Assembly: GCA_964385105.1 (NCBI GenBank)
Contig: CAYLMU010000001.1
Location: forward strand, 194,252 to 258,251
Source: an uncultured Candidatus Saccharibacteria bacterium
Lineage (GTDB): Bacteria; Patescibacteriota; WWE3; UBA101185; UBA10185
Direction: 5' to 3'
Length of the DNA: 64,000 nucleotides
The notes below the pieces were generated by a model that worked only from the letters and a program-made list of their open reading frames with translations, was not told where the DNA came from and did no database searches. Below are positions 17,644 through 26,754 of this stretch, in pieces. The position numbers were made by a program, and so were the translations under genes. Each line of letters begins with the position of its first letter. Within the stretch, counting starts at the first letter, position 1.

Positions 17644-18804
17644 TTATTTATCTTCTTCGTTATCTACAAGCTCTGTTGACGGTTCTGTTTCAGGTGCAAC
17701 CTCACCCTCGTCTTCAATTTCCTCAGTTTCTTCCATTACTTCAACATTTTCAATATCCTCTACTTGATTTGTTTTTTGTGTAGCTTTTAGTGCTGCATCC
17801 CAAACACCAACCAAATCTTTCTGACCTGTTTGTGCACCTTCTTCGGAATCTTCACCGTCAAAAAACCCTTTTGCTCCTTTAATATCAATTTTCCAGTGAG
17901 TTAATTTATTTGCCAGCCTTGCATTTTGACCTTCTTTACCAATTGCCAAACTTTGCTGATCTTCGGGAACTGTTACGGTAGCTTTTTTCTCTTCTTCATC
18001 AATTACTACATTTGTAACACGCGCAGGTGATAAACTTGCTGCAATAAATTTCTCAATATTTGTTGAATAAGGAATAATATCTATTTTTTCGCCATAAAGT
18101 TCAGAAATTATAGATTGTACACGCACACCTTTTTGACCAACACAGCTACCTACCGGGTCAATTTTGTCATCATTTGAATATACAGCCATTTTAGTTCTGG
18201 AACCTGGTTCTCGTGCAATTTCCTTTATAATTACAGTACCATTAGCTATTTCAGGTACTTCCTGCTCAAAAAGTTTTATAACAAATTGTGCGTCTGCTCG
18301 GCTTACAATAATGTCGGTACCTCTTTGGCCTTGTCTGACATCTTTTACATAAACCTTTAATCTTTGACCCGGTCTGTAATTTTCGGTTTCTACCTGTTCA
18401 GACTGGGGAAGAATTCCATGTGCTTTGCCAAGGTCTAAAACTATTCTTCCACTTTCAATTTTAAAAATAGTACCGTTCATTAAAGTACCGATTTTTTCTT
18501 CAAATTCTTCGGTAATGACTCTTTTTTCGGTTTCACGGATTTTTTGTAAAATAACCTGTTTTGCTGTTTGTGCGGCAATACGACCAAAACCTGATGGAGT
18601 AACATCTTTTCCTTCTTTTAATATTTTGGCCTCACCGGTGTCGGGATCTATTGAAACTTCGATTTCTTCACTGGCACCCATTTCATAGTCTTTTTTATAA
18701 GCTGACATAAGTGCAGTTTTTATTGATTCAATTACTTCCTCAACCGGAATTCCTCTTTCAGTTGCCACTTGGTTTAATGCTGCTTTAAATTCTGTTAATG
18801 CCAT
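17644..18804 (-). CDS. nusA: Transcription termination/antitermination factor NusA
   Basis: N-terminal RNAP-binding domain, S1 and two KH domains (GSCVGQKGVRVQSI; IGKEGQNARLANKLT). Acidic C-terminal tail. Confidence 0.85.
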   Translation of the reverse strand: MALTEFKAALNQVATERGIPVEEVIESIKTALMSAYKKDYEMGASEEIEVSIDPDTGEAKILKEGKDVTPSGFGRIAAQTAKQVILQKIRETEKRVITEEFEEKIGTLMNGTIFKIESGRIVLDLGKAHGILPQSEQVETENYRPGQRLKVYVKDVRQGQRGTDIIVSRADAQFVIKLFEQEVPEIANGTVIIKEIAREPGSRTKMAVYSNDDKIDPVGSCVGQKGVRVQSIISELYGEKIDIIPYSTNIEKFIAASLSPARVTNVVIDEEEKKATVTVPEDQQSLAIGKEGQNARLANKLTHWKIDIKGAKGFFDGEDSEEGAQTGQKDLVGVWDAALKATQKTNQVEDIENVEVMEETEEIEDEGEVAPETEPSTELVDNEEDK

Positions 18805-18937
18805 TTTTTGATTTGCGCCTACGAAAACGGTCTTTGACCTTTGGTTTGCGGGTTGTTTTCTTGAGCCACAAACCTACACTCGTATGTAGCAAAATTTCCT
18901 TAATTTAAAATTACCTTTTTACACAAGTAATTGTATC

Positions 18938-18959
18938 AAAAAAGGCGGGAATTCCCACC
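18938..18959 (-). terminator. Candidate intrinsic terminator within the nusA 5' leader (minus strand: GGUGGG-AAUU-CCCGCC + U6)
   Basis: The plus strand reads aaaaaaGGCGGGAATTCCCACC. On the minus strand this is a GC-rich hairpin (6 bp including one G.U pair, 4-nt loop) followed by six U residues, about 130 nt upstream of the nusA ATG. Confidence 0.4.
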
Positions 18960-19051
18960 TTTGACACTAATACTTTTACTTTTCTAACGAGTTAAAATTA
19001 GCATAATTTATAGGGTATGGCAAGTATACATGTAAATAAGGCCTATAGTGA

Positions 19052-19080
19052 TTGACCTATGTTTGTTAGTCATATATAAT
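19052..19080 (+). promoter_or_regulatory. Sigma70-type promoter TTGACC-N17-TATAAT driving the three-gene plus-strand cassette
   Basis: attgacctatgtttgttagtcatatataat. The -10 is about 58 nt upstream of the ATG at 19139, which is preceded by a GAGGTGA RBS. Confidence 0.5.
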
Positions 19081-19138
19081 TACCCCGAATTTTTATTAAT
19101 CGCGGATTTCCGCAATCAAGAATTAGCGAGGTGATAAG

Positions 19139-19471
19139 ATGGGAAAATGGGCTATGTTTCCGAATCCGGACGAGCAGGAAAGTCTACTGAACTGGGATGT
19201 ACAAATGCTGACTCAAGCACTTCTAGAGAGCGATGATGGGAAACTTACATTAGTTGCTGCTGCAGCATATGATTTATTTTACGCTGCGAAAATGGAAGAG
19301 AAAGCTAAAGGAATTCTATTAGCTGCTGTATCAATTAAAGGCATCCAATCAGTCGTACAAGCCATATCTGAGCAGGTGGCATTCCGGATTCACTGGGACG
19401 GTCAAAGTGAAGAAGAACAACGTGATTTTTTGGAATTTTGTGAAAAAACCTTGAATACTCCAATAAGTTAA
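19139..19471 (+). CDS. Hypothetical protein (110 aa, predicted helical); first gene of the inserted cassette
   Basis: ORF with a good RBS (gcGAGGTGAtaagATG). Codon usage is GC-richer than neighbouring genes (ctg, cag, gag and cgg codons). Confidence 0.45.
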   Translation: MGKWAMFPNPDEQESLLNWDVQMLTQALLESDDGKLTLVAAAAYDLFYAAKMEEKAKGILLAAVSIKGIQSVVQAISEQVAFRIHWDGQSEEEQRDFLEFCEKTLNTPIS

Positions 19472-19545
19472 TTGAAGTAAGGTTATGAAACGCTACCTGT
19501 ATCAAAAAAGAGACGAAATCACGACCATTAAAAAGGAGTAATCGC

Positions 19546-19836
19546 ATGAAATACTTGAGACTCAAAAATTTAGATGGGGATTTAACTTTACCACAAGTTG
19601 TTGAACTAATTAGATTTTATGAATCAGATGATTTCCATCGTATGAGCGAGAAACAGAGACTCGAGGTAAAAATTCGGCGGTTTATAACTTTTGGTATAGG
19701 AGAAAATGAGAGAAGGTACTTTGGCCCACAGTTGGGTGGACCCATAGTTTCGGAAACTCTCAGAATTCCCAAACGCTTTAGGGAAGACGTCTTGAAAGAA
19801 CTTAAAGCTCTCAAAATTGAGCTTGAGAAGATCTAG
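19546..19836 (+). CDS. Hypothetical protein (96 aa)
   Basis: ORF preceded by AAGGAG (aaaAGGAGtaatcgcATG). Same atypical codon usage as the flanking cassette genes. Confidence 0.45.
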   Translation: MKYLRLKNLDGDLTLPQVVELIRFYESDDFHRMSEKQRLEVKIRRFITFGIGENERRYFGPQLGGPIVSETLRIPKRFREDVLKELKALKIELEKI

Positions 19837-19888
19837 TGCAATAATTGCCGCTTTGGGAATGTAGTTTATTTCTGAGGCGGCATTTTTC

Positions 19889-21181
19889 TTGTATACTATG
19901 TATATGATTGAATCAGAAATCCCCAACAATTACGGTACACATGAAATAAAAGTCGAAAAAGAGAGGCTGGGACCTTTAGAAATTGTTCATTTTGAAGGAA
20001 CTGTTGAAGAAACCCATAAGAGGCTTGGTGAAACAGTAAGAGACCAGGTGTGGTTGACGGCCGCGCGCAAATTAGAAGAATACGATTCATATGAAGATTT
20101 TTTAACAGATTTGCAAATGATGCACAGATGTCTTGAAGTTGTAAAAGACAAAAGCAATGATACAGAAATTGACCTACCAATAAGAAATGCAGTTAAAGAT
20201 TATGTTACTGCTTTACAATCCTGGGCAGGAGGTGCTTCATTACTTAATATTAATCACGAATATATTAAAAGGTTCGCTCAAGAATTCAATTTTGAAACCT
20301 CAGGTTCTTCTGAAGTTTTAGCATATTGGCTTCAAAATGATAATGTTGGATGTCAAAGCGGTATGTATAGAAAAGATGATGGTAATATTTTGGTTTGGCA
20401 TACAGAAGAAGATGTTGAAGATGAACCTGGCTCCAGATTTGATGCTATTAGAATTGGTCAATTTAGTTTAATCGGAGAAACTGGTGAAAGAGATGATAGA
20501 TATGCTTTAATTTATCCTGATTTACTCCCTGGTCCTGCAGCAGGTTTTGCACAAAACTTTTTTTATTCAATAGATTTTCAGAGCTTTCGACCCAATGAAC
20601 AGCCAAGTATTCTAGCAAATACTGCTGTTTGGGTTACATGGAAGCTTGGAGAAAGCAGAGATCCGGCAGAGGTGCTTAGAGCTCTAAGTCCCTATTATGA
20701 TGGATATACACTTAATACAGTACGTCGGTTGCCGGATGGTACACTGGAGTCAAAGAAATTAGAATTTGCGCATGGTTTAATTGCAGAATATAAATTAAAT
20801 GAAAATCCGGGAAGTAATCTTGTTTCAGCAAATGTTACTGAAGAGAACTCAGCAACCGAGCCAGCGCTCGATGAAATTGATGATGAAGAAAGTAACTATT
20901 ATGCAGGTAGAGTAAGAAGAACTAGACGTGCTCTTAAACTAATTGAGTCTACTGAATCAGGTGTTACACTTCAAACACTTCAGAGGATGCTCGCGTTTAG
21001 AGTAGGGAATCAGCCCCTTAAAGGCAGTGACGAGATGGAAAATGCTGCAAATTCAAATGTGGATGTTAAAGCTAAATTTGCTGTAATGTTCACACCTAAC
21101 GGTATGCAATTGGCTGTTTCGGCAGGTCCCGGAATAAGAAATGAAGAAGTTACTTACTTTGAATTTCAGATTTCTAATTAG
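19889..21181 (+). CDS. Hypothetical protein (430 aa) with a possible Cys/His catalytic pair (VGCQSGMY ... LVWHTEEDVEDE). Putative thiol hydrolase/transferase-like enzyme of unknown family.
   Basis: Long ORF. A conserved-looking Cys is followed 16 residues later by a His flanked by acidic residues. No confident family assignment is possible by eye. Confidence 0.5.
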   Translation: MYTMYMIESEIPNNYGTHEIKVEKERLGPLEIVHFEGTVEETHKRLGETVRDQVWLTAARKLEEYDSYEDFLTDLQMMHRCLEVVKDKSNDTEIDLPIRNAVKDYVTALQSWAGGASLLNINHEYIKRFAQEFNFETSGSSEVLAYWLQNDNVGCQSGMYRKDDGNILVWHTEEDVEDEPGSRFDAIRIGQFSLIGETGERDDRYALIYPDLLPGPAAGFAQNFFYSIDFQSFRPNEQPSILANTAVWVTWKLGESRDPAEVLRALSPYYDGYTLNTVRRLPDGTLESKKLEFAHGLIAEYKLNENPGSNLVSANVTEENSATEPALDEIDDEESNYYAGRVRRTRRALKLIESTESGVTLQTLQRMLAFRVGNQPLKGSDEMENAANSNVDVKAKFAVMFTPNGMQLAVSAGPGIRNEEVTYFEFQISN

Positions 21182-21252
21182 AGAATGTGCTTTAAACGCC
21201 TTTTATGCGGTAACGGTTGGTGTTTGCCATAATTATCTTAACTTCCTTTATT

Positions 21253-22185
21253 CTAAAGGCTTTCTCCAAACTCTTCCAACAATTTCTTCTGCTTTCGGTT
21301 TAGCCTTTTTGGAATTTTAACAATAATTTGCACTATCACATCGCCTTGCCCGCCGCCACGTAAACCGGGCATACCCTTGCCTTTGAGTCTAAATTGCGTA
21401 TTTGGCTGAGTACCTGCCGGAATTTTTAATTTTGCAGTTCCAAGCCCTGTTTCAGATTTTATGTCTACAACCGGAACTTTTATAGTATCTCCAAGTGCAG
21501 CTTGAACAAAGTCGATTTCTGCAATTGCTCCAAAATGGTCGCCTGCTCGTTGTGTAAATTCTTTTGGAGTTGGAACTCTAACTGTAATATATAAGTCACC
21601 GTTTGGTGCTCCGTTTGGCCCGGGCATGCCTTTTTCTGCAAATTTAATTTCTGTACCGTGGTGAACTCCGGCCGGGATTTTAATTTTTACCTCGCCGCTT
21701 TCTACTCTTATGGTTTTTTCGGTTCCCTTTACTGCCTCGGCAAAGTTTATATGCATTTCATAAAACAAATTTTTGCCTTTACGGGTTCTTTGCTGACCTC
21801 CAAAACCTCTAAATCCAAAAAATTCTTCAAAAATGTCAAAAGGATCAAAACTTTCACCGCTTCCACCGGAACTATAAGAGTATGTAAATGGGCCCCATTG
21901 ACCTTGACTTCCGCCAAACCCCCCAAATCCGGAATTTCCTGCTGCACCTTGACCCATTCCTGCGTGGCCGAATTGATCATACATTTTACGCTTTTGCGGA
22001 TCTTTAAGAACTTGATATGCTTCGTTAATTTCTTTAAAACGTTTTTCTGCGGTGGCTTTGTCACTTTTTGCCACCATATCAGGATGATGTTCTCTTGCTA
22101 AGTTTCTATAAGCTTTTTTTATTTCATCATCTGAAGCACCTTTTGGAACTCCCAGAATGTCGTAATAGTCTTTGTTGTTTGCCAT
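21253..22185 (-). CDS. dnaJ: DnaJ-class co-chaperone, type II (J domain + G/F region + C-terminal substrate-binding domains; no CxxCxGxG zinc-finger domain)
   Basis: J domain DYYDILGVPKGASDDEIKKAYRNLAREHHPD with HPD motif. Gly/Phe-rich linker. No Cys repeats. Last gene of the hrcA-grpE-dnaK-dnaJ arrangement (dnaJ is separated from dnaK by an intervening plus-strand gene). Confidence 0.8.
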   Translation of the reverse strand: MANNKDYYDILGVPKGASDDEIKKAYRNLAREHHPDMVAKSDKATAEKRFKEINEAYQVLKDPQKRKMYDQFGHAGMGQGAAGNSGFGGFGGSQGQWGPFTYSYSSGGSGESFDPFDIFEEFFGFRGFGGQQRTRKGKNLFYEMHINFAEAVKGTEKTIRVESGEVKIKIPAGVHHGTEIKFAEKGMPGPNGAPNGDLYITVRVPTPKEFTQRAGDHFGAIAEIDFVQAALGDTIKVPVVDIKSETGLGTAKLKIPAGTQPNTQFRLKGKGMPGLRGGGQGDVIVQIIVKIPKRLNRKQKKLLEEFGESL

Positions 22186-22261
22186 AGCGGAATAATTTTA
22201 GCAGTTATATTGTATGTTTGCCAGATTTTGCTGAAGTTAAGTTGTGGGGTAAAATTGGGTA

Positions 22262-22990
22262 ATGTCACTTGAATCTGCCCCTGAAACAAGCAACGAAATA
22301 AAAGAGCCAGAATTAGAACCAGATTCCCCACGCGACTCTGAAGTTTTTTCACTTGCCGGATTTTTCGAACTTTCTCCCGATGAGAATCGACCTAAATTAG
22401 AGCTTGATGAAACCCCTGCTACACCTGAAGACTTAAAAGGTACAGTAATAGAATATAAAGATCCTTTAATAGAATTCAGAAGGCCTACGGTTGCGCCCGA
22501 AAAAATGACTCCGGACGATGCCAGACAGATGGCTGTTACACTAGTTGAAAATGCCTTGGAAAACGATTTATCAAATCGCGAAATGCTTGAAAAAATTTTA
22601 GCGGTACTTAACGAAACAGATAAAAGCCCAGAAAACTTAGATTTGGCAGAAGCATTTTTTTCCGGAATATATTACTCAGCTATTGATAGATATACACAAA
22701 AAGAATCTATGAGGTTACATGTTTCCGACCTTGTTGCCGGTGGAGGTGATGTGCAGACAAGCGAATACAGACAAAATCGGCAAGATAAAAATCCTGATCA
22801 AATCGAATTTACAGACGACTATGCAAATAGTTTACAACAACCTGCCAATAAAGAAGCACAAATAAAACTTAAAGAAAGGGAATCTGATATAGCTTACCGT
22901 GATGCACAATATACACAAAAAATGCTTGAATTTGTAAGAAGTCTTAAAGAACGTACTATCGAAACCCAATCCATTCAAACTCTTATTTAA
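22262..22990 (+). CDS. Hypothetical acidic protein (242 aa)
   Basis: ORF divergent from dnaJ. Asp/Glu/Pro-rich. No motif recognised. GC-richer codon usage than its surroundings. Confidence 0.4.
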   Translation: MSLESAPETSNEIKEPELEPDSPRDSEVFSLAGFFELSPDENRPKLELDETPATPEDLKGTVIEYKDPLIEFRRPTVAPEKMTPDDARQMAVTLVENALENDLSNREMLEKILAVLNETDKSPENLDLAEAFFSGIYYSAIDRYTQKESMRLHVSDLVAGGGDVQTSEYRQNRQDKNPDQIEFTDDYANSLQQPANKEAQIKLKERESDIAYRDAQYTQKMLEFVRSLKERTIETQSIQTLI

Positions 22991-23150
22991 GCCCTTAACA
23001 AAAACAAGACGTGTGAGATAGCAATATATGTTGATCCGATATTAAGGCGTAGGATATTAATACAGCACGCCAAAAGATATGATATAGAGAACCAAGATGC
23101 AGATTATTCGCCGAACCTGGTGGTTAGGGTCACATATATGCAAAATAAAG

Positions 23151-25049
23151 TTATTCTTCGTCTATAACTTCACCTTCAACAGTGTCATCATCATTTGAAT
23201 TTTCATTTCCACGGGCATCGCCCTCAGTTCCGCCTTCAGGTGAAGTACCTTGTGCCCCCTGATCATACATATATTGTCCGATTTTTTGCATTTCTAAACC
23301 AAGTTCTTCGGTTTTTTTCTTTAGTTCTTCGGTTGAAGCTGTTGGTAATACTTCACGTAAATCTTTAATTTTTGCTTCAATTGAGCTTTTAACATCAGCC
23401 GGAACTTTGTCACCTGCATCACGTAAAGATTTTTCGGCTGTATGAATTGTGGCATCGGCTAAGTTTCGTGCGTCTACCTGTTCTTTTTTCATTTTGTCTT
23501 CTTCTGCGTGCCGTTCTGCATCTTTTACCATTTGTTCAATTTCTTCATCACTTAATCCCGTGCCGCCTTGAATTGTGATTTTTTGTACTTTTCCTGATGC
23601 TTTGTCTTTTGCGCTTACATTTATTAATCCATTTGCATCTATATCAAAAGTGACTTCAACTTGAGGAACGCCTCTTGGTGCAGGAGGTATTCCGTCTAAG
23701 ATAAATCTGCCCAAACTTTTGTTATCTACTGCCATTTCACGTTCACCCTGTAATACGTTTATTTCTACCTGTGTTTGATTATCTGCAGCTGTACTAAAAA
23801 TCTGGCTTGCTGACGTTGGAATAGTAGTGTTTCTTTTTATGAGCGGAGTCGCCACACCGCCCAAAGTTTCAATACCCAAAGTTAAAGGTGTAACATCAAG
23901 CAAAAGCACATCTTTTACGTCACCGCCCAAAACTCCTCCTTGAATTGCAGCACCGATTGCTACAACTTCGTCAGGGTTTACACCTTTGTGAGGTTCTTTA
24001 CCAAAGAAGTTTTTTACAACCTCATTTACTTTTGGAGTTCGGGTCATTCCGCCCACCATAACAACTTCATTAATTTCAGAAACTGACACTCCTGCATCGT
24101 CAAGTGCTTTTTTAACAGGAATTAGTGTTTTTTGTATTAAATCATCAACAAGTTGTTCATATTTTGCACGGGTTAGTCTTATATTCAGGTGTTTTGGCCC
24201 TGATTGATCTGCTGTTATAAAAGGAATATTTATTTCAGTTTCTAGTGTGCTTGAAAGCTCTATTTTAGCCTTTTCTGCAGCATCCTTTAACCTTTGCATT
24301 GCCTGTCTGTCATTTGCAAGGTCTATACCGCTTTCTTTTTTAAACTCTTCAATAAGATGGCTAATTAAGACTCTATCAAAATCATCTCCTCCAAGGTGTG
24401 TATCACCGCTTGTTGATTTAACCTCAAAAACTCCATCACCGACTTCAAGTACCGATACATCAAACGTACCTCCCCCAAGGTCATAAACAACTATTTTTTC
24501 GTTAGCTTTTTTATCAAGACCATAAGCTAAAGATGCAGCTGTTGGTTCATTTATAATTCTTTTTACTTCAAGACCGGCAATTTGACCTGCTTCTTTTGTA
24601 GCATTTCTTTGTGCATCGTCAAAGTATGCCGGAACAGTAATTACAGCTTCAGTTACTTCGTGTCCTAAAAATTTTTCGGCGTCGCTTTTTAACTTTCTTA
24701 GAATCATTGCTGAAATCTCTTGCGGAGTATACACTTTACCTTCAACCTCAACTGCAGCCATACCGTTTTTTCCCTCAACAATTGTATATGGATAATCGGT
24801 TTTAAGTGCTTTAACTTCGGGCGAGTCATATTTCATACCCATCAGTCTTTTTACACTGAATATAGTATTTTTTGGATTTACTACTTGTTGTCGCTTAGCG
24901 GGTACACCAACCAGGTTTTGTGCCGGTGCCACTACAGAAGGTGTGGTGTTATTGCCTTCTGCACTGGGTATAACTTTGGGATTTCCACCCTCCATTACGG
25001 CCATTGCGCTATTTGTTGTTCCTAAGTCTATTCCTATAATTTTTGCCAT
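23151..25049 (-). CDS. dnaK: Molecular chaperone DnaK (Hsp70)
   Basis: [18 protein letters not shown]; [12 protein letters not shown]; IVLVGGMTR-like motifs. C-terminal EEVD-like acidic tail (GEVIDEE). Start assigned to the conserved [10 protein letters not shown] Met (the ORF track begins 27 nt upstream at 25076). Confidence 0.9.
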   Translation of the reverse strand: MAKIIGIDLGTTNSAMAVMEGGNPKVIPSAEGNNTTPSVVAPAQNLVGVPAKRQQVVNPKNTIFSVKRLMGMKYDSPEVKALKTDYPYTIVEGKNGMAAVEVEGKVYTPQEISAMILRKLKSDAEKFLGHEVTEAVITVPAYFDDAQRNATKEAGQIAGLEVKRIINEPTAASLAYGLDKKANEKIVVYDLGGGTFDVSVLEVGDGVFEVKSTSGDTHLGGDDFDRVLISHLIEEFKKESGIDLANDRQAMQRLKDAAEKAKIELSSTLETEINIPFITADQSGPKHLNIRLTRAKYEQLVDDLIQKTLIPVKKALDDAGVSVSEINEVVMVGGMTRTPKVNEVVKNFFGKEPHKGVNPDEVVAIGAAIQGGVLGGDVKDVLLLDVTPLTLGIETLGGVATPLIKRNTTIPTSASQIFSTAADNQTQVEINVLQGEREMAVDNKSLGRFILDGIPPAPRGVPQVEVTFDIDANGLINVSAKDKASGKVQKITIQGGTGLSDEEIEQMVKDAERHAEEDKMKKEQVDARNLADATIHTAEKSLRDAGDKVPADVKSSIEAKIKDLREVLPTASTEELKKKTEELGLEMQKIGQYMYDQGAQGTSPEGGTEGDARGNENSNDDDTVEGEVIDEE

Positions 25050-25114
25050 ATATGTGCGGTTTTGTGTTTTTGGCATCTAAGTCCTTGGCTATGCCTGCGG
25101 GACAATCCCTCAAA

Positions 25115-25546
25115 TCACAAATCCTCCTTTCTAGTTTGGCCGACTTTTACTTTTGCCGGTCTAATAACTTTATTCTTTAGTAAATAACCTTTTTGCATAA
25201 CCTCCATAACTTTTCCTTCTTCTCCTTCAACAATTTCTACAGCGTCCATTAAGCTTGAGTCAAAATCCTTGTTTTCCGCATCAATCTCTTCTAAACCTTC
25301 TTCAAATAAAATTTGCTTAAATTCTTTTAAAATCATATTCATGCCTTCATCGTTCATGTGGGCATTGAGCAATTCAAGATTATCTAAAATAGGCAGTAGT
25401 TTTGAAATTAATACCCAGTTTGAGTATTTTACAAATTCTTCACGCTCTTCAGAAACCCTTTTTTCTAGATTTTTGTAGTCGGCTAGCGCACGTTTCCAGT
25501 TATTTTCAAGTTCTTGTACTTTTTGTTCAAGTTCATCCATTACCAC
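25115..25546 (-). CDS. grpE: Nucleotide exchange factor GrpE
   Basis: Coiled-coil N-terminus followed by the GrpE beta-domain (VMQKGYLLKNKVIRPAKVKV). Located between hrcA and dnaK. Overlaps the hrcA stop by 7 nt. Confidence 0.8.
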   Translation of the reverse strand: MVMDELEQKVQELENNWKRALADYKNLEKRVSEEREEFVKYSNWVLISKLLPILDNLELLNAHMNDEGMNMILKEFKQILFEEGLEEIDAENKDFDSSLMDAVEIVEGEEGKVMEVMQKGYLLKNKVIRPAKVKVGQTRKEDL

Positions 25547-26265
25547 GAACCCCCTAATTCCTCTATTAAGTTTTTGGTGTACCTAACGGCAGGAATTATT
25601 TGCGGGTAATTCATTCTTGCAGGGCCAAAGACACAAATAAATCCATGCCTTTTGTTCACCAGGTATGGTGTAACAACAATTCCACATTCAGAAAGATTTT
25701 CGTTATCAAGATCGCTTCCGATTAAATATTGTATCGACCTGCTATTGTGTTGAACTTTTCTTAAAAGCCTATCTAATAATTCAAACCTGTCTATAAGGTG
25801 GAGAGCTTCTTTTGCAACATCAATATCCCAAAATTCTTTGTGGTCAAGCAAGTTTACTGCTCCGGCATGAATTACCATTCCATCGTCGGTTGTAACAATT
25901 GTTAGTTCATGAATTAAATCTGACAGCGATAAAACCGCTTGTCTAAGCATTTTGTCAAAAGCGTATCTGTTTGCCCATAATCTTTGTTTTAAAGCTACCT
26001 CTTGCAATACCGGCAATTCTTCTTCTTCCATCATTTGCTCCAGATATAGTTTATAAGCTAGAGGTGTGGGAACTCGCCCCGAAGAAGTATGCAGCATGTC
26101 TAGATAACCTTCTTCAATAAGGCGTGCCATTTCGTTTCTAACTGTTGCCGGGGAATATCTAATATTGTATTTTTCCACAATCAATGATGAACCAACCGGT
26201 TCTGCGTTGTGAATATATTCAAGTATTATTGCATTTAGTAATCTTATTTGTCGTTCAGATAACAT
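25540..26265 (-). CDS. hrcA: Heat-inducible transcription repressor HrcA (short, 241 aa)
   Basis: N-terminal winged-helix MLSERQIRLLNAIILEYIHNAEPVGSSLIVEKYNIRYSPATVRNEMARLIEEGYL. First gene of the hrcA-grpE-dnaK operon. Confidence 0.8.
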   Translation of the reverse strand: MLSERQIRLLNAIILEYIHNAEPVGSSLIVEKYNIRYSPATVRNEMARLIEEGYLDMLHTSSGRVPTPLAYKLYLEQMMEEEELPVLQEVALKQRLWANRYAFDKMLRQAVLSLSDLIHELTIVTTDDGMVIHAGAVNLLDHKEFWDIDVAKEALHLIDRFELLDRLLRKVQHNSRSIQYLIGSDLDNENLSECGIVVTPYLVNKRHGFICVFGPARMNYPQIIPAVRYTKNLIEELGGSW

Positions 26266-26266
26266 G

Positions 26267-26293
26267 CTATCACTATGATAGCACGAGTGCTAA
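26267..26293 (-). promoter_or_regulatory. CIRCE-like inverted repeat (HrcA operator candidate) abutting the hrcA start codon
   Basis: In the hrcA orientation it reads TTAGCACTC-gtgctatca-TAGTGATAG. The left half-site and the 9-nt spacer match the CIRCE consensus TTAGCACTC-N9-GAGTGCTAA exactly, and the right half matches 6/9. It ends 1 nt before the hrcA ATG. Confidence 0.5.
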
Positions 26294-26334
26294 GTGTGTC
26301 AAGATAGTTAAATTTTTTTAAATTCTTTTAGAAG

Positions 26335-26366
26335 TGAGGCACTCCACCGCTAGGTAGTGTGCCTCA
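26335..26366. promoter_or_regulatory. Perfect 8-bp inverted repeat TGAGGCAC-N16-GTGCCTCA in the hrcA upstream region (second operator or structured-element candidate)
   Basis: Seen directly in the sequence as tgaggcactccaccgctaggtagtgtgcctca. It is not CIRCE itself, although it contains a GCACTC core. Confidence 0.3.
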
Positions 26367-26394
26367 TGGTTTGTGATTCTTTTTGCAATTACAC

Positions 26395-26658
26395 TCAATA
26401 AGACATAAGACAGATACTATTCAATTTACGCTTAAGTACACCAAACCCAAGCTTTGTAGTGAAAAGAGTTTGACCGGTATTAATTGTTCCGACTGTCTCA
26501 AACTTTTCATCTTTTCGTAAATGTCTACTGATATCTTCGTTAGCAAGTACACACCATTGCTTTTTATTCTTAGCGGGATAAATTGCCGCATTCGCTTCTA
26601 CTTTGCTTACGATTGACAATGCATTCACAAATGTGGTGCACAATCTATATGCGTCCAT
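26395..26658 (-). CDS. Hypothetical small protein (87 aa), orphan
   Basis: Isolated ORF between hrcA and lepA. No motif recognised. It could be a gene remnant. Confidence 0.3.
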   Translation of the reverse strand: MDAYRLCTTFVNALSIVSKVEANAAIYPAKNKKQWCVLANEDISRHLRKDEKFETVGTINTGQTLFTTKLGFGVLKRKLNSICLMSY

Positions 26659-26754
26659 CTCACCACTCCTTTTATTTAAGGCATAATTGCGTTAAAGATC
26701 TTTGAAACTATAATAAAAAATAATCAGAAGGTCAATATGAAAATCGTTTTGTTG

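Noticed and set aside
16094-19050. Recurring 'cctatagtg' / 'ccctatag' decamer-like motif (near 8790, 16101, 19042 and 59696)
   Set aside because: The occurrences sit in different positions relative to promoters and on different strands. They are most likely a chance AT-rich similarity overlapping -35 regions rather than a shared regulatory site or repeat family.
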